DNA of 64,000 bases from Tubulanus polymorphus (Eukaryota > Animalia > Nemertea): assembly GCF_964204645.1 (NCBI RefSeq), contig NC_134036.1:6416600-6480599 (forward strand), given 5' to 3'. Position numbers and translations under genes: made by a program. Positions 18,395 to 33,460 of the stretch are shown here, one piece after another (the stretch's first letter is position 1; each line of letters opens with the position of its first letter). Under the pieces are notes generated by a model. That model made no database searches. It saw only the letters and a program-made list of their open reading frames with translations, and was not told where the DNA came from.

Positions 18395-21300
18395 TTTCGC
18401 GCCTAGAATTTTACTTATATTTGAATCCATGGAAATCACAATATCCGTGATAAGACGATGAGCAAAAATCCCACGATGAATCGGTAAAGTTTATTTCAAA
18501 ATTATAAATATTCCGGGAGGTTGCTACCACCCATCTTCAGTCTAAAAAAACTAATTTAAAAATTACCACCCGAAATATTTCTAATTTAGAAATAAGCTTT
18601 TTTAGATTCATTCATATATTGTGGGATTTTAACTCATGAATGATATCTATTAGCAATCACAAATTCTGATAATGCAAAAGCTTTCAACGGGCTCTCAGTT
18701 AATGAACATTTTGTCAGGTAATGTACCAGGTTTAGAAAAACGCAGCTCTCTGCATATAACGGGTTTTAATCTGTATTTCTGGTTTGAATGCTGTTCCATA
18801 AATTCATTCTTTTTAATCTATTGTATCGTATCGTCCTTGCAATCAAAAGGAAAGTACGTTGAAGCCCAAATTTTTAGGGTGCATATATAAATGAAGGTTC
18901 CAGCGAGAAACATCGAACTAAAAGGTAAAGAAAAAATCGCGCTGATATCCGTAACCGATGGTTTACATAGAATAATCGCGGCTCGTTGTCGAAAATTCAA
19001 AGGAAAAGCGTAATTGAAATGATAAAGAGCTGAATTTCTGATAAGGTATCGCATTGACTGGAACGGGAACGGTGTTTTCACTCTCCGCATCCTCGTTTAG
19101 ACCCTATCTTAACCCAAATACCATCCGAGCGAAATTGACAAAATCAGGACTCGCCATAGTTTAGACAAGCGTCGCTAGAATCTATTCTTTGTATGAAATT
19201 GATGAAATAATTAATCTGCGTTTTTATGTATTTTGTTTAATTCTATTTCTTATTTCAACATTTGATCGTGAAAAATATAGATTTGAATTACCGGTATTTT
19301 ATCGACGGACCTACCTCAGTCGCTTGTTCTGACGTATTCAACTTTTCGAATCGAAAATGTCTCGTTTTCCCGAGCTAGCACAGTCGACGAATGAATAAAA
19401 CACATCGCGCGTAAAATAGTATACGTGTTGAAATAGAAATCGAAGTTATACAGATATACTACACACAGCTCGATATAGATTGAAACTCGCGTCGATGTGT
19501 TTGTTCATGGACTCTAAAACGAAGTCCATGGTTTGTTCAATCGCTTCGCACCCGGCTCTTCAAAATCGATCCACGCGCATCACAATCTCACTTCACAATG
19601 ATCCATGGGTATAATGTTTCGAACTTGCGGGATATCATTATGTATATTTAAATCAGCTGTCGCCTTTCATAATTTATGAATATCAATTTTTCATATGCTG
19701 TTTTAGAATTTTCGTTCGTGTGCGGTGAATACACAGAACGCATCATTCTGACTAGAAACAGGTCTTAAATTGCGATTGAAAGTGACTATTGAATCCGATC
19801 GATGTTTTTTGATTGGAGGTTTCCTACGCGTGTTTTGTCGGCCACTATGTGCGGTCCCCACTGCCGTCCTCCCCAGGTAGGGATTCGAACCTGATGGCGT
19901 CGCTACACTCGGCCACGGCACGAACCCCTGCCACAATAGACCGAATGCGGCACCGATCAGATTGTTCGTTGTATAATCACTAAAGCAAAGTTCACGGAAG
20001 AACTATCGATCGGAAAACCCGGACTAAATTGGATAAAACGGGTTTTCTAATTGGCTAATATTGTAATCATCTAAGCTGCGTGTGCATCTGTACACTCGGT
20101 CTAGTGTGGCAGGGTTTCGTACCGTGGCAATCTCGATGCCATCAGGTTCGAATCCCTGCTGGGGGGGGGATGCTGACTGCCGAGTAACTATCGTAGACCT
20201 CAGTAATGACATCATGTGCAAATACATCGTGTACAGTGGTCACGCTATTGCGTCATATTGACCGTCATCTGGTCATAGATGACTAATTTCGCCCGAGTGT
20301 ACTGGTCTGCAAAGTCTTGGAGAAATGATTCTGCCTGAATGAGATCCGTCTTGTTAACTTCTCCGGTGTATATAGTTAAAAGAACTGCTAAAACTGAATC
20401 GTTTGCTTTTATTTGATTAACTGATTTGCATATATTTGCATATATTATATATTCATCGTAGTCAGTCAGTAACCTGACTGTGATTTAGTTTTATAATCGC
20501 ATATTTCCCAAAACCACCGCTAGTAATCCGATTGTAAACCCAATTTTCACCAACGATTAGCAACACCTTGCCTGGTTACATTTGCCGCTGCAACACTCAG
20601 CATCGTGGGCGCAAAGTCCCAAGTTTGTGCAAACTATATTTTATAATATAAACAATAAATTCAAATAGAATTTTGATGTGAAACGGAGCTCTTACTTAAA
20701 AGCGAAGAAATAATTGACTCGCTATCGTTCGAGTCTATTCGTTCATTCGTTAAACAAATACTCAATGTTAACTGATGAATGCAAATTTGTGTATTTTATG
20801 CAAGACATCCAATGACATTCTTATCATCTGTCCAGTCGTTACTCACCCGCAGCGATAGATCTAAATCTAGAAGTACATAGAATATAAACAGGTAGTTTGC
20901 AGGCCCGTGTCGAGCTTTTCTGAGGGGCACGTCTATTTCAAGAAAAACGTTTTTCTCTGCAAAGTGCCACTTAACAGTTAAAAAGGACAAAAAACGCTTT
21001 TCATCTTCCAAAAAAAACACTTGAAAATTGTATCAAAAATTTGCAAAATCTTGACCCAAATTGTTTTTACACTGACTTTGAAGAGCACTTTGAAAATTAA
21101 AGGGGGTTCGTTCGCTTCCCCCGGACCCTAAACCAAATTAAGTAAATGAAAGAAGTGACAGGAAGGATAAGCCCACACTGTTCCTACTGATCCCTTACCT
21201 TAATTTCTTCCCATTCTTAAAAAACCCAAAATACATCCTCCCATCGACTCGCATAATTAGTAGACATTTGCATCTCATTAGTTGAGACTAACGTTTGCCG

Positions 21301-21803
21301 AAAATCTAACTTAATATGATGAGAAAGATGAAATTTTACTTCTGTCGTCTTTCTGATGTGATATATGCTGCATGTTAAAGTGTATATCGCTTTATCGATG
21401 GACAATCAACGGCCGATTACGAATGATGTGGATTTGAGTATTTCTTGAGCTTTTCTTACCTTAGTCGCTTCGTTCAACGTAGCTTTTTCAACGTTCGAAT
21501 AGAGAATATCTCGTTTTCTCGAGTCAGGGTCCGTCGACGAATGAATATAACACATAGGATGAAGCGATCATTTATACGTTCTTAAGACATATTCAAAAAA
21601 ATTCCAACATTTGCACAGCTTAATATTAGTTACCCCACTAATGTTTGCTGATTCTTGCAAGCTGAATCGATGCGAAACCGAAAACTTTTAAAATCGATCC
21701 TCGCTCATCACTATTTTCTCACACAAACCATGCGTATATTTCTTTTTGTCATTTGGTCTCGCGGGAAATAATTCTTTTCATATATTAACCTGTCATATGT
21801 AGC

Positions 21804-22055
21804 CAGCATCACCATCATCGCCTTCATTGTCACCACCACCTTCTCCAGCATCACCATCATCACCTTCTCCAGCATCACCATCATCGCCTTCATTGTCACC
21901 ACCACCTTCTCCAGCATTACCATCATCACCTTCTCCAGCATCACCCTCATCGCCTTCATTGTCACCACCACCTTCTCCAGCATCACCATCATCACCTTCT
22001 CCAGCATCACCACCGCAATCATCACATCGACTTCCCCAGCATCACCATCATCACA
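21804..22055. repeat. CAT/CAC-rich tandem repeat, one 63-bp unit longer than the 3757 copy
   Basis: Direct comparison with 3757-3940. Confidence 0.9.
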
Positions 22056-23061
22056 AATCAATTGACTATCAATTCAAACTACGTCATCATCGTCGTCATA
22101 ACATCCACCATCACACACTCATTATCATAATCACTTCCTCCGCCATCTCCACCATCCCAACATCCACCTATTGAGCGAGTCATCTAGTCACCCAATCGTC
22201 CGGTTAATCAGTCGGCTACGAATATACTTTTTAATCGGATTCTACGCCTGGGTCGAAGAAAACCACTCACAGAAGTGATCTTAATGGATGGTGCAGCAAA
22301 GCGCGTGAAATTCACAAATTCTCACAAATCCAGCGACGTTTTTCTTTCTTGAGCAGACCATACGCACCTTTCGAAACTAGTTCATTAATGTAAATTTCAC
22401 TCTCATTCCTAACTGATATCTTTGCCCCCGCCTCAAATCGAATGTACTTACACCATTAATTTATAAAATTCAGCAAAAAACATTTGTTTTTAGAGTGTAA
22501 GGGTGTCGTACAAGCTCGATTATTAAACCGCGAGCTTCAATTATGTATATTATATCAACAAGCAGCTGACTTATTCCTATTCATTTTGTCTAACCAATAA
22601 AGCGCTTGATGTATAACCACCTGCTGCGATAACGTTTCGAGTTCCTGAAATTTGCGCCCGAAAAATAATCATCGTGAATAGAAAAGCAAACACTCTACTA
22701 CACGTTGTTCTAAACGTCCCGTTACTATAGGCGTTCTAACGAATACTTTACAACTAACAGCGGCAGTTGTTGGCAGGACGTACGAATCCAGTATAGGTAA
22801 AGTAAGTATGAATGCAATAGAATAGAAAGGATGCGATACGTATGACATACATCAATACCTAGATTATGAATCTATACAAAACGAGGTTTCACAGTCGAAT
22901 CAGTTAACATCTATTCGACGGGGGCCAGTTGCTCAAAGGTTGGTTGAAGCTTTCGAGTTAATAGGTGACATAGAGACAATCATAAGTTCATTATTGTTAT
23001 GACAATATTCGTAGAGTAGCCGTGTTAACCAGGTTTAAAATACGTATAGGTTACTGTATAA

Positions 23062-23203
23062 TACTGTATAGGTTAACTGTTTATTTGACGCATGAGCTTT
23101 CGTTTCTAATGAATAGAAGCTTCATCACTCATTCACCTGATGAAGCTTCTATACATCAGTAGCGAAAGCTCGTGCGTCAAATAAATAGTTAACCTATACA
23201 GTA
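23062..23203. mobile_element. Second copy of the hammerhead-like inverted repeat
   Basis: Core motif at 23134-23174. Confidence 0.6.
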
Positions 23204-23378
23204 CTACTCGTCTCGTTACTTATTATTATTATGGTATTCTATCCGGCGATTATCTTCGAGCATGTTTTTAACGTGTAGCCCCTGGTTTGTTTCATACAAG
23301 ACGAATTATTTCGTTCATATTCAAGTTCGGTTGATGGGTAATATCGATGTTCTCCGTTTCTAGTTCGATTTCTAGACG

Positions 23379-24061
23379 ATGAAAATGCTTGCTTATCTAT
23401 TAACTCGCGTATATGCGATCGTCGCGATTGTGGTCACTGTTGCGTCATTTGCGGAGGCATGGGGTGAGTGGTCACGACTGAGAATTTATTACAGAAATTT
23501 CCATCGGATTCATCGGAGGAAAGAACCTAAAAAACTATGTTAGACATTTCAAAACCCATCGAAATTTAGCGAAAAGTGTCCAAGTATTTAATGCAGACAT
23601 TTTTGCACGGCATTTTACTGAGTAATTTTTCATAGAAATATATCACGATCAAGTGATTAGACTTACGTATTCCAAATTATAAAAAATAACCTTTCAGATA
23701 ACCTCTCATTTGTTCCCGAATATTTTCTAAAAAAGGTATTTACTTTTGGGCTATGGTAAAATAAAAAGCCGGCTCTGATTAATGCGAATTTAGTCGAGGG
23801 ATTGAAATGGGATAAATGCTTTGCGTGCGGGCGTCTATCAACCCTCAATGCTAACATATCGCTCACTCGTCTAAATGGATCTACCTGAACCCGGGCTTAA
23901 TAATAGAATTTTGTAAAACACTGTTGTTTTTGAATGTAAATTTCGTTTCTTTTGGTCATATTTTAGCTTGCGGCTCCATAGGCCAATCGTGTAAGGCTTC
24001 CATCGAATGCTGCGACCCGAACCCTTGTCAAAACTCGGTGTGTACACCGTACGCGGGCTAA
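23379..24061 (+). CDS. Knottin peptide precursor, copy 2; join(23379..23463,23967..24061)
   Basis: Same splice sites and same 59-aa protein as the 5267 gene (one synonymous CCT/CCG difference seen). Confidence 0.85.
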
Positions 24062-26173
24062 TCGTAGATGGTAAGCTGTTGTAATCGGATCGTGGTGTTT
24101 GTCGAAATATCCGATTATGAAACTGAACCGCAGTCACGATACCGACTGACTGTGAAAAAGCTCGAATAGAATCTATATTTTAACTGCGTAGTGAGATCTG
24201 GTCTTATAATCAAATCCAATAAAATGAAAGTAAATAAATCAATATGAGAGTCGTATCAATAATGCGCCGTTTCATCATCAGTCATCGATATCGTAGATCC
24301 ACGTTTTTACTTAAACTCGAAAAGCACGACGTAATAGTCCGATGCAGCTATATGGTCCAAACACATTGCACACGTGACGATGTTCGGTGTCGTTGCTGCT
24401 CTGTATATTTGGGAATACATAAAAAGGTCTTCAAAAACAGACGAGTGTAAACCAGTAGAGTGTGTTCCACCGTGTCAGTAAATGTCCCCTTTTCCCCCGA
24501 AACTTCCGCACTAAATTCTTAAAACCATTTTTCAGAACTAGGCCAAGTGCGCTCAAATTTACCCAACTAATGAAAACTAAAGGGAAACAACTCAAACAAC
24601 TTTCTCAATTCATCAAAACTGCTTCCAAATACCTTTAAGCCATCTTTGTATATGTCGTTGTATAATTGATTCTGTATGTATTTTCTATGTGTGTGTGTTA
24701 AGTGCGTCTGTGTATGTTAATCACTTGTTAATTATCTGTTTATACGTGAAGCGCATTATTCATTGTTTTTTCTTTACTTCGATTTTGTTTTTTCGCTCTA
24801 AGCAATTGTATTTTGTCGAGCAATAAAACATATTCTATTCACCGATGATAGAAAATTAAAAATAAAACAATTTTGTTCTGGCGTTTCGGGAGGATTACGT
24901 ACTTCCACCTATCTTCAGCGATTTATTAGACAATGAGATACGAAAAAAATATGGTTATAATTGTTTTTTTTTTAAATTTACATCGTTAGTGAACCAACTA
25001 TAATCCAGACCTAAAATACTTTCAACTATCTACGAGTGTAAACCAATTTGGAGCATCTTAGATTGTATGGTCTGGTCAGTGAGGTCTGATATGTGTGGAT
25101 ATGGCTTTTTGATGCGTTATCTCAACACGTAACAGCCATTAAAAGGCACGAGATACAGTCACGTGAAATGAATAAATTCGACAACAAATATCATTAAATG
25201 AAACATTCGAATTTTTTTATAACAACGTTTTGCATAAAACTACAATATACAAACTATCTATAATGTATACACTACGGCGGGGGTTCGGGTTCCTGCTGAG
25301 CCAGGTTGGGCGTGTCTACTGAGCTAGAGTTTCGCGTAGGATAAATATTTACAATACAGTATTAGCTTAATCTGTAAATTCAGGAGTATACCACTGACCA
25401 GGGCCTATACTTTGAGGACAAAATAATCACTAGGATGCATCATTCACAGTCCATCGAAGTGTATCGTATACACACTTTTATCTCACTTCGTATTCTGTAT
25501 TACAACGATAATGATGATTAATACATTTCCTAACGAAAAGTGAACGTTGCATGTTTCGATACTGCGGCATAGGAAGAACAATTACCACGAATTTTTCATT
25601 ATTAATGAAGAATTAGTCATCTTGCCGGATAGACACATAACAGCTGGACAATTTATTTCGGTTGGCATCGTGGGTTGTGGATGTGGGTGCCTGACCTGAA
25701 TGACAACGATTGAATGTCGATTCTATAGGAGTGACGGCTATCCGACCTGATAAGTTTTACTTCACGCAATTATCATTGACATATTAATTAATGATATATC
25801 AAACAATAGATCGACTCGAGATTATTGAACGTGAATAAAACGGTGAAAGTCGAACGGAATACTTATCGCAGTGATATTTAGTGCTGAGCCTATTACTATA
25901 AAACTGAGCGAATTTGGACAAATGACAATATTTTCACACAAATCATATCGCGCGGGGAGGGTATTTTGACAATGGTAACCCAATATTGCATAATTCATAA
26001 AAAAAACGATAGGCTAGCTGTAATGCCCCTTAGGGCTCTTGTTTATGCCCTAAAATCAATTATCCCCATCAGAAAATGCTTTCAGAAATCAGAAAACTGT
26101 TTAAACTGGCAATATAACTGTTTAAACTGGCAATATATTCTAATTATCTTGCGCTGGGTAAAACTGGAGGCAT

Positions 26174-29100
26174 CTATCTATTTTTACGGTGTTGCCTGCG
26201 TTTCGTTTTTGCTCGTATGGATTTCATATCGATAGTCAGTATTGTGTAAAGAAGGGGATTGAGGGACGAGTTGATCGGTAAGAAAAGAACCGCCAGCCAA
26301 GCCGCCACCTGATTCGGTATTTCTACCCGTAATACGGCGCAAAACTGAACGATAATCAACGGCAGCCAGCAAAATAGATTACACAGATTTATCACCAAAC
26401 TCCTGCGCGCTAAAACTAGTTCTGTAGGGTCAATTCTACCCGAACCAGACCTGCTTCCAGATACGAGTCGGTACATTTGCGCATAAGTGGCCATTATCGT
26501 AGAAAGAATGAAGAAGTTGGTTAATGAAAAAATAGCGAATGAATATTGCCAGGCGTTGACATCAATTGAAACCAAATTCATAGGTAAACAAACTCCGGTA
26601 GTGCCGTAGTAATTGTCTCCAAAGTAAGAGATCGGTGTAAGTGGTAGCATTGCAATAACACACAAAACAATCCAACATGCGCAACAAATGATACACGCAT
26701 ATCTCGGAGATGTAATTGGGTTATCAGAGAATGGGTCTACGATATTTGAGAATCTATGACGTGTCATGATTAGTAAAAATATCAATGAACCTTCGCAAGA
26801 AATAGTGACCACGACTCCAGCAAGACGACAAATCAAACTGTCCGTCCAGGCTTCCGAATTGAGAAAGTAAATACCTTTGTAGATATAATCAGCTCCAGCG
26901 ATCAGAAACAAATATATAGACATCATAAAATCACACAGAGCAACATTAATGATGATGATGTCTGAAAATGGATTTGAGGAGGAGAATCGAATCGCTCGAA
27001 TGCGAATAGAAATGACGATTCCATTAGCGATGAAACTGAATGAAGCGATCACCCAAATGATAGCTCTGAGGACTGTGTTACCCATCAGATCAGAACAAGA
27101 GGAAAATTGATCAGCTTCGGGAAGGCACCGGTCAACATTCGGAGCCATGCAGCAAAATTTGTAAGCGTCTGACCTCAGTGAGACTAATGATGTCAGATTG
27201 TCAAAAACATGTCTGGGGACGGAAATAATTTTGTTATTATTGGTTAAATCAAGAATTTCGAGTGACGTTAATCCAGAAAATGCGTATCGTGAAATTTGAT
27301 AGATTTTGTTACCGCTGATATTCAACGACTGTAATGTAGATAAACCCACAAACGCGCGTTCAGAAAGCATCAATATAAAAAGTCCTTGAATATCAAGAAT
27401 TCGGAGTGATCTCAATCCCGAAAAACTGCTTTCCTGCAAATAATGAATCGGATTTTTAGTTACGAATAACTCCTTCAAACTGTACAAACCAGTGAATGTA
27501 TTTGTTGATAATGATGTTACGTTGTTGTATGTCAGGTCTAATGTATGTAGATTATGCAGGTTTGAGAACGAATTCGGTAAAATATAAGTCAATTCATTGA
27601 AGGAGATGTTGAGCATTCGAAGATAAACATATGGGGATAATGTGAACACGTCCAAGATGATTCGGTTGTTCGACAATATCAAAACTCGGGTTGATGCCGA
27701 GAAAAGTCCGGTAATATTTGTTAAACCAGTATTTCCACAATCGATAAAGTTACCTTGACATGTACACACTCTTGGACACGTGACCTTACAGTAAGCCTCG
27801 TCATCAGTTGTATGTTTACAATTTGCGACTCCGTCACAGACCTCAGATTGTGGAATACATCTATTTTCCTGACCACATTTAAACATTCCCGGACATGAAA
27901 ATGTCTCGCAGTTTTGTTCATCTTCTGAATTAGGACAATCTGATTGACCGTCGCACACCTGTCTGATCGGTATACAGTACGATGAGGGACATTTAACAGT
28001 ACCAGCAGGACATTGAAATTCTTCACATCTCAACACGTGCTCGAGATTTCTACAAACAGGGTAACCATTTGTCATTCTCTCTAGAATACATCTGTGACGT
28101 CTTGAATAACAATGAGGTGAATTGAAAGAACATCTTTGTTCATCAGATTCCGTACAGAGATTTGTGAAGTTAGTCGTACAGTGGTTGTCATTATTGCACT
28201 GAACCGTAGGATTCACTGTAATATTAATATTTGTTACTAGTTCATCTTCTTCGAGGCTCCCACTGCAATCTACGACACCATCCTGATACAACTGAGAACT
28301 GATACAGTCTCCACTGTAACATAGGAATCCCTGGCACAGTTGAGCGGTGCATCCTATTTCGTCGGAGCCGTCTTCACAATCAGTGACACCATTACATCTA
28401 TCAAAACTGCTGATACATTGTCCACTTTGGCAGCTAAATTGTTCAGATAAACACGGGGTATAAAAACACGCGTTCTCATCAGAGCCATCCACACAATCCT
28501 GTATGAAATCACAGAAACCACTTATTGATATGACCTGACCATCATTGCATTCAAACTGATTTTGTAAATTAATATCCGTACAATTAAGTTCATCTTCACC
28601 GTTTTGACAGTCGTGTCTGGTATCACATACGCGATGGTCGCTGATACATCTTTGATCGTTACATTCAAACTGCCACGATTTACAACCGCTTATAGAAGCT
28701 AACTCTTCATCAGTGACATTGTGTGAACACAAAACAGAACGCGCTGTATCTGTCGCATTATCAAACTGTTTCATCGTCCATTTGACTGATTGAATATAAT
28801 TAATTTTATCTCTCGTGAGTATTGGGTTTATAACTTGCAGTTTTTCATTAGAAGTCACCATTAGTATTGAGCTATATTGATATTTGAAATGAAATGTTCT
28901 TATCAAGTTCATCGTGTCGTTTTCGGTGTTATCGGTTATCACAGCGCCTATTTCACCTCGTATGCCACGACACATCTCTGTTGCAGTTTCTATATCTAAA
29001 CCTCGATGTCCGTTCCAATTTGTCAGTATTTGATAGCATTGTCTATCCATGCTTACCCATCCAACCGTGCAGAAAGGTTTGTCCCGTATCAATAATGTGT

Positions 29101-32100
29101 CGTTGTTTGTTGAATTTATCGTCCTCAGTGTTTTATTTTCGGAATCATTTCTTTCCGTTTCGCAAATGAAACTCGTGTGAACCTCTTCGATTCCGCAGGG
29201 GAATCGAACCCAGTTCGCTGATCCGCGTGGATTATTCAGTATCATCGCCGTACACGGCATATTGACGTCATTTATCGGTTGTTTTCTAATAGCAGATATC
29301 AATCCTTGAATAACTTCTGGTATCGTGTCGTTATTTGTAGGTTTATACCACTCTGTGTAGCTCAATGGTTTCCCGTCAGACCACGTGTAAGAACTAGATC
29401 TAGCCTGGAAATTTAAGTGGCCTATATATTATTATATGTACATCATATATATCATTACATGTAATCTGTTGCCATTAGTAGTTTTTAACGAGCTGATCTT
29501 AAAATCTACCTGCAGTTTTAATCCAACCATCATAACGAGCGCTTTCAGCGAGTATGCTTTACGAAGAAGTTCCGTGGCAAATAATGTCTTAATAGAAATC
29601 ATTTCCTGTTGTGAGTTGATACTGAGTAGATGTCCCGCGTACTTCTGTCTACAGTACAATTCAGCATTCTCCCAATTCAGACGTTTATCTCTGATGTATT
29701 TCACGCATGAAATTCCCGAATCTAGAAATCCTGATTTACAGACATTTTCAAACTGTTTTATCGGTAACGACTGTTCTAATATGTATTGTATTCGAAATGT
29801 CGGTACGCGACCTTGTACCTCTATTTTCAAGTCCATATGACTAAGACTATAAAAAACCTGTCCTGGTATCGCGAAATTGTTACATATTTTACTGCTGTGC
29901 TCCTGCGATTGGTCGGGGCCTACAGTGATGAAACGTTTGACCACGATAGGGTTGTAGTCAGAATCTTTTCTAATCGCACACGGTATCTTTGCGATATATT
30001 TTATTATGAATCTGAAGTATAGTATTTTGAATCTGAAATATAGCATTATATACCTATCTCGGATATATATTTTATATGCCAATAGTTCATTGGTTTTACC
30101 CGCTAATCCTGGATAGTTTGGTGACTGAATAATTCCACACGTTACCACGACGTTACTTTGTCGTTCCCTTATTTTCAACAACCGTTGACATTCACTCCGT
30201 AGTTCAACTAGTAATGGATATGTAATGAATGCTCGATCATTAGATACCCGGACAGTGTTTAACACAAGACCGCTATTAAGGAACTGGCTATTCAACCGCG
30301 TGTGACAGTGGCTGTATAGATAGTGATCCTGAAAACATCGGTCAACTTGATATTCATACTCTGATAATATGTTAATGTACCTTTGAGGAAGGCGTCGGTT
30401 TTCGGGTGTAATCACGAGACAATGTGACGTCATATTGATTTGAAGTTCTCCTTCCTTTAAAACGTACCCGTCACAGTCGGTAGGACGAAATCTGAGATAT
30501 GAATAATAACTATCGACTGTTAACTTACCGTCCCAGCTATAAGCGTATCCAACTACGGTGACCGATCCACCTGATGTAATCAGACTGACAACTGATCGAC
30601 TAAAGTCATTGCCGGGACAATACGGACCGTAGCGTCTAGCCGTGAAATTACCACCGTCGTATATGTAAAATCCAGCTCGCTCGCAGTTCTCTGATAAAAC
30701 TGTTAGTTCCATATTCTCTTCATAGATAGCGACTCTTAATCCAAACACTTTTCGATTGACGCGATATCTCATCGAGTTCTTCTCTGGAGTTGGGAACAGT
30801 GATTGTGGTGTCATTTCGTTATATTTCTGGACATAAATGAGTTATCATTAACTTCTTTAAACTATTATCTGTTTATCATTATATAGTGATACATAGTAAC
30901 CTTATATAAAATATGTGACTCACCCAACCTTTGTAGACCTCTACATCTTCTATCGAAATTGATTCAACTTTGTACGCTATTTCAAACGTCACATCGTCGT
31001 GGAGTGTTGCTATCAAAACGCACAGTACGACGAGAAAGCCGTCAGATTTGACACTCAGTGATTCCAGGTAGTTGTAACTGAGTAAAACATCAGTTCCTAC
31101 TACGCGTAACCCTTCTAGTTTATATACACCGATGACGCCACCGGATGTGCTGAGATCACGTGTCCAGTTGAAGACGACGTACTGTAACACCTGCACCGTG
31201 ATAGACCAGCAGTGTAAGTGTTTTGATCGAGTTATTATGTGTAAACTGTTGTCATCGGGAATGAGCACTCCCGACTCATCATTAGAGATCTGAATCAACG
31301 GATTAGAGACGTTCCAATCAGATATTTTATAAAGTTGAACCACAAGCTGTGATTTGATTAGAATTTTATAGGATACTAAAGAAGCCTTGTTCATTTTAGT
31401 ATAAAACGAGGATGTTGGATGTCCGGATTGTTGGCGTATAAGACCTATCGGTTCACTGTTGGAGTTCCATCCGTCGTGAATTTTAAATGGTGTCTTGACG
31501 TAATACCGTGATTTGAGATTGATGAGGGTTAGATTCATTCCTAAACCGTCTGGCATTCCTATCCATTCAAGAAACATTGTACAAAAACGAATAAATAAAT
31601 TGAATTTGTATCCCATTGGCGTTTTTAATTCATTCACGTTGAGAAATGAGTTTCCACAGTTGCCACTGATTCTCAATCGGCTTCGTTCATAACGGTATAT
31701 GATATAAACCCGACTACCTCGCGCACCATCGACGCGGCTCCTAAACATCAACGAGATCGAATCTTTGCGGCGGATTTGATGTTTTCCGTTACTGCAGAAT
31801 CTGATATCAGCCTCGTAGACGAGAAGGTAGTTATCACTACAGAATATTGACAGCTCGATGTCGTAGTAAAATTGGACGAGAAAAGTTCCCGGTAAAGAGC
31901 TGTTGATGAACCAACGACATTCAACACCGCGCGTTAACGTAGGGTAATTCGGTGAAACGATGTAACCGGACGTAGAATCTAGCGGGTACCACGTGTTGTT
32001 ACAAGACGAACTTACCGTCACAGACGATTCCTCGATAGAGTCGGCTCGATCAGCGCGCGCGATGCGAACTTGACAGACGATCAGCGACGCTATAAACAGC

Positions 32101-32132
32101 GCTCTCAGTCGCTGCTCCATACCGAACAACAT
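26174..32132 (-). CDS. GRL101-like CUB/C-lectin/LDLa/LRR GPCR, copy 2, intact, about 1918 aa; exons 32132-30924, 30826-29510, 29404-26174
   Basis: All three exons open and joined in phase 0 by short GT-AG introns (97 and 105 bp); same domains as copy 1. Confidence 0.9.
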
Positions 32133-33350
32133 CACTGCGACAGAATGAACGAAATTCGTCAAGTGACACAGAATCAGTCATTGGACGGATCACGATCCGA
32201 TTTCATCCAATCAGAAAATTCGCTCGCCGAGTCGAAAATGCTTCTAGTATTTTCATTAAAAATACGTACGTTGCAAATTCAACTCAAGAAAAGATAATAA
32301 AGCAATATGATATAGAAAATTCACGAGATTTTAGTTATGCCAGTTTTAGTTAGTTCACTGACTGCTATATGTTATAAGTCCGTATAATTCATTAATTAAA
32401 CCTCGAACACTTTAACAAGTCGAGTTTCATCCGCGCAGAAATATTCCGATCGAAATTTCCGATGCAATAGATATGTTTGCAACGAATGTATAGACAATTT
32501 CTTTTTATCTTTTTCTTCGACATATGGATCGTCAACGTCATATACCCTGTGAAAAATAAAACCGATATTACATTGAAGATAAGATTGAAGTGTTTTGGAA
32601 AAAAATGAATTCTAATCAATTATGTATACCGCGTAGAAAGCAAAGTGATATATAGCGTATACGTCGGTCTAGAATAAAATTTACTATCATATGATTTTTA
32701 TCAATTTCGAAATTATAAGTTTTCGTGTATCTTCGTGCATTTATAATTCGAACATGTTATATCTTCCTAGATCATTCTTGATAGAGACTGGATACATGAT
32801 ACGTTTGACTCGAGTGAACATCGCCTTGATAGTGTTTATTACTGTTTTTACCACAATATGACAACTGTTTCCGAGAATTTTGTAAAGGAGTCGGAGTTTG
32901 ATTTTCCACTTAATGTCTGGATCCTCGTTGTGACTAGGAATCCCCATATCCGATGTTTGAAAACCGAGATAGTATAATTCTAGTTTGTTCTAAATTGTCA
33001 GCTAGTTCAGATAAACTACTGTTTCAACGGGAATCTGACTTTTGTCGTAAACTCAATCGAGGACTTCGACCTATAAGTCACAGATAACCGACAGAATTCG
33101 CGACGCGTTTATATCATTCACCCCGGGAATCAAGCTAGTTCCCAACTGACAAGCGAGAAACTTTTACCATAATTAAATAACAGTAAAATTGCAAGAAATG
33201 GATAGATACATCTGTTTATGATATATCCATTCATTTCTTGAAATGAACTCGAAAAGAAGAGTCAAAATCGCATGAAACGCGTGCGATTAGAAATCATTTG
33301 ACCGCCATGAAGATTTTGATAGTTGCGTTTTTACTACCACTTAACTATTT

Positions 33351-33460
33351 GGATCCAGTTCCACGGTCATGAGTTAGAGTTAACTCCGAGTCAAAATCAG
33401 TTTATTCTCAATGAGTTGAGTTGAGTTGAATCTTAACCCACAACCGTGGAACTGACTCAT
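33351..33460. mobile_element. MITE (ccagttccac...gtggaactg family); duplicate at about 61619-61730
   Basis: Terminal inverted repeats cagttccacgg / ccgtggaactg. Confidence 0.65.

Larger units (their letters stand above)
18014..27150 (+). repeat. Segmental tandem duplication: near-identical copy of 1-about 9030 (offset about 18.0-18.1 kb)
   Basis: Colinear near-identity, e.g. 658 vs 18672, 3143 vs 21217, 5267 vs 23379, 8048 vs 26174. Confidence 0.95.
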
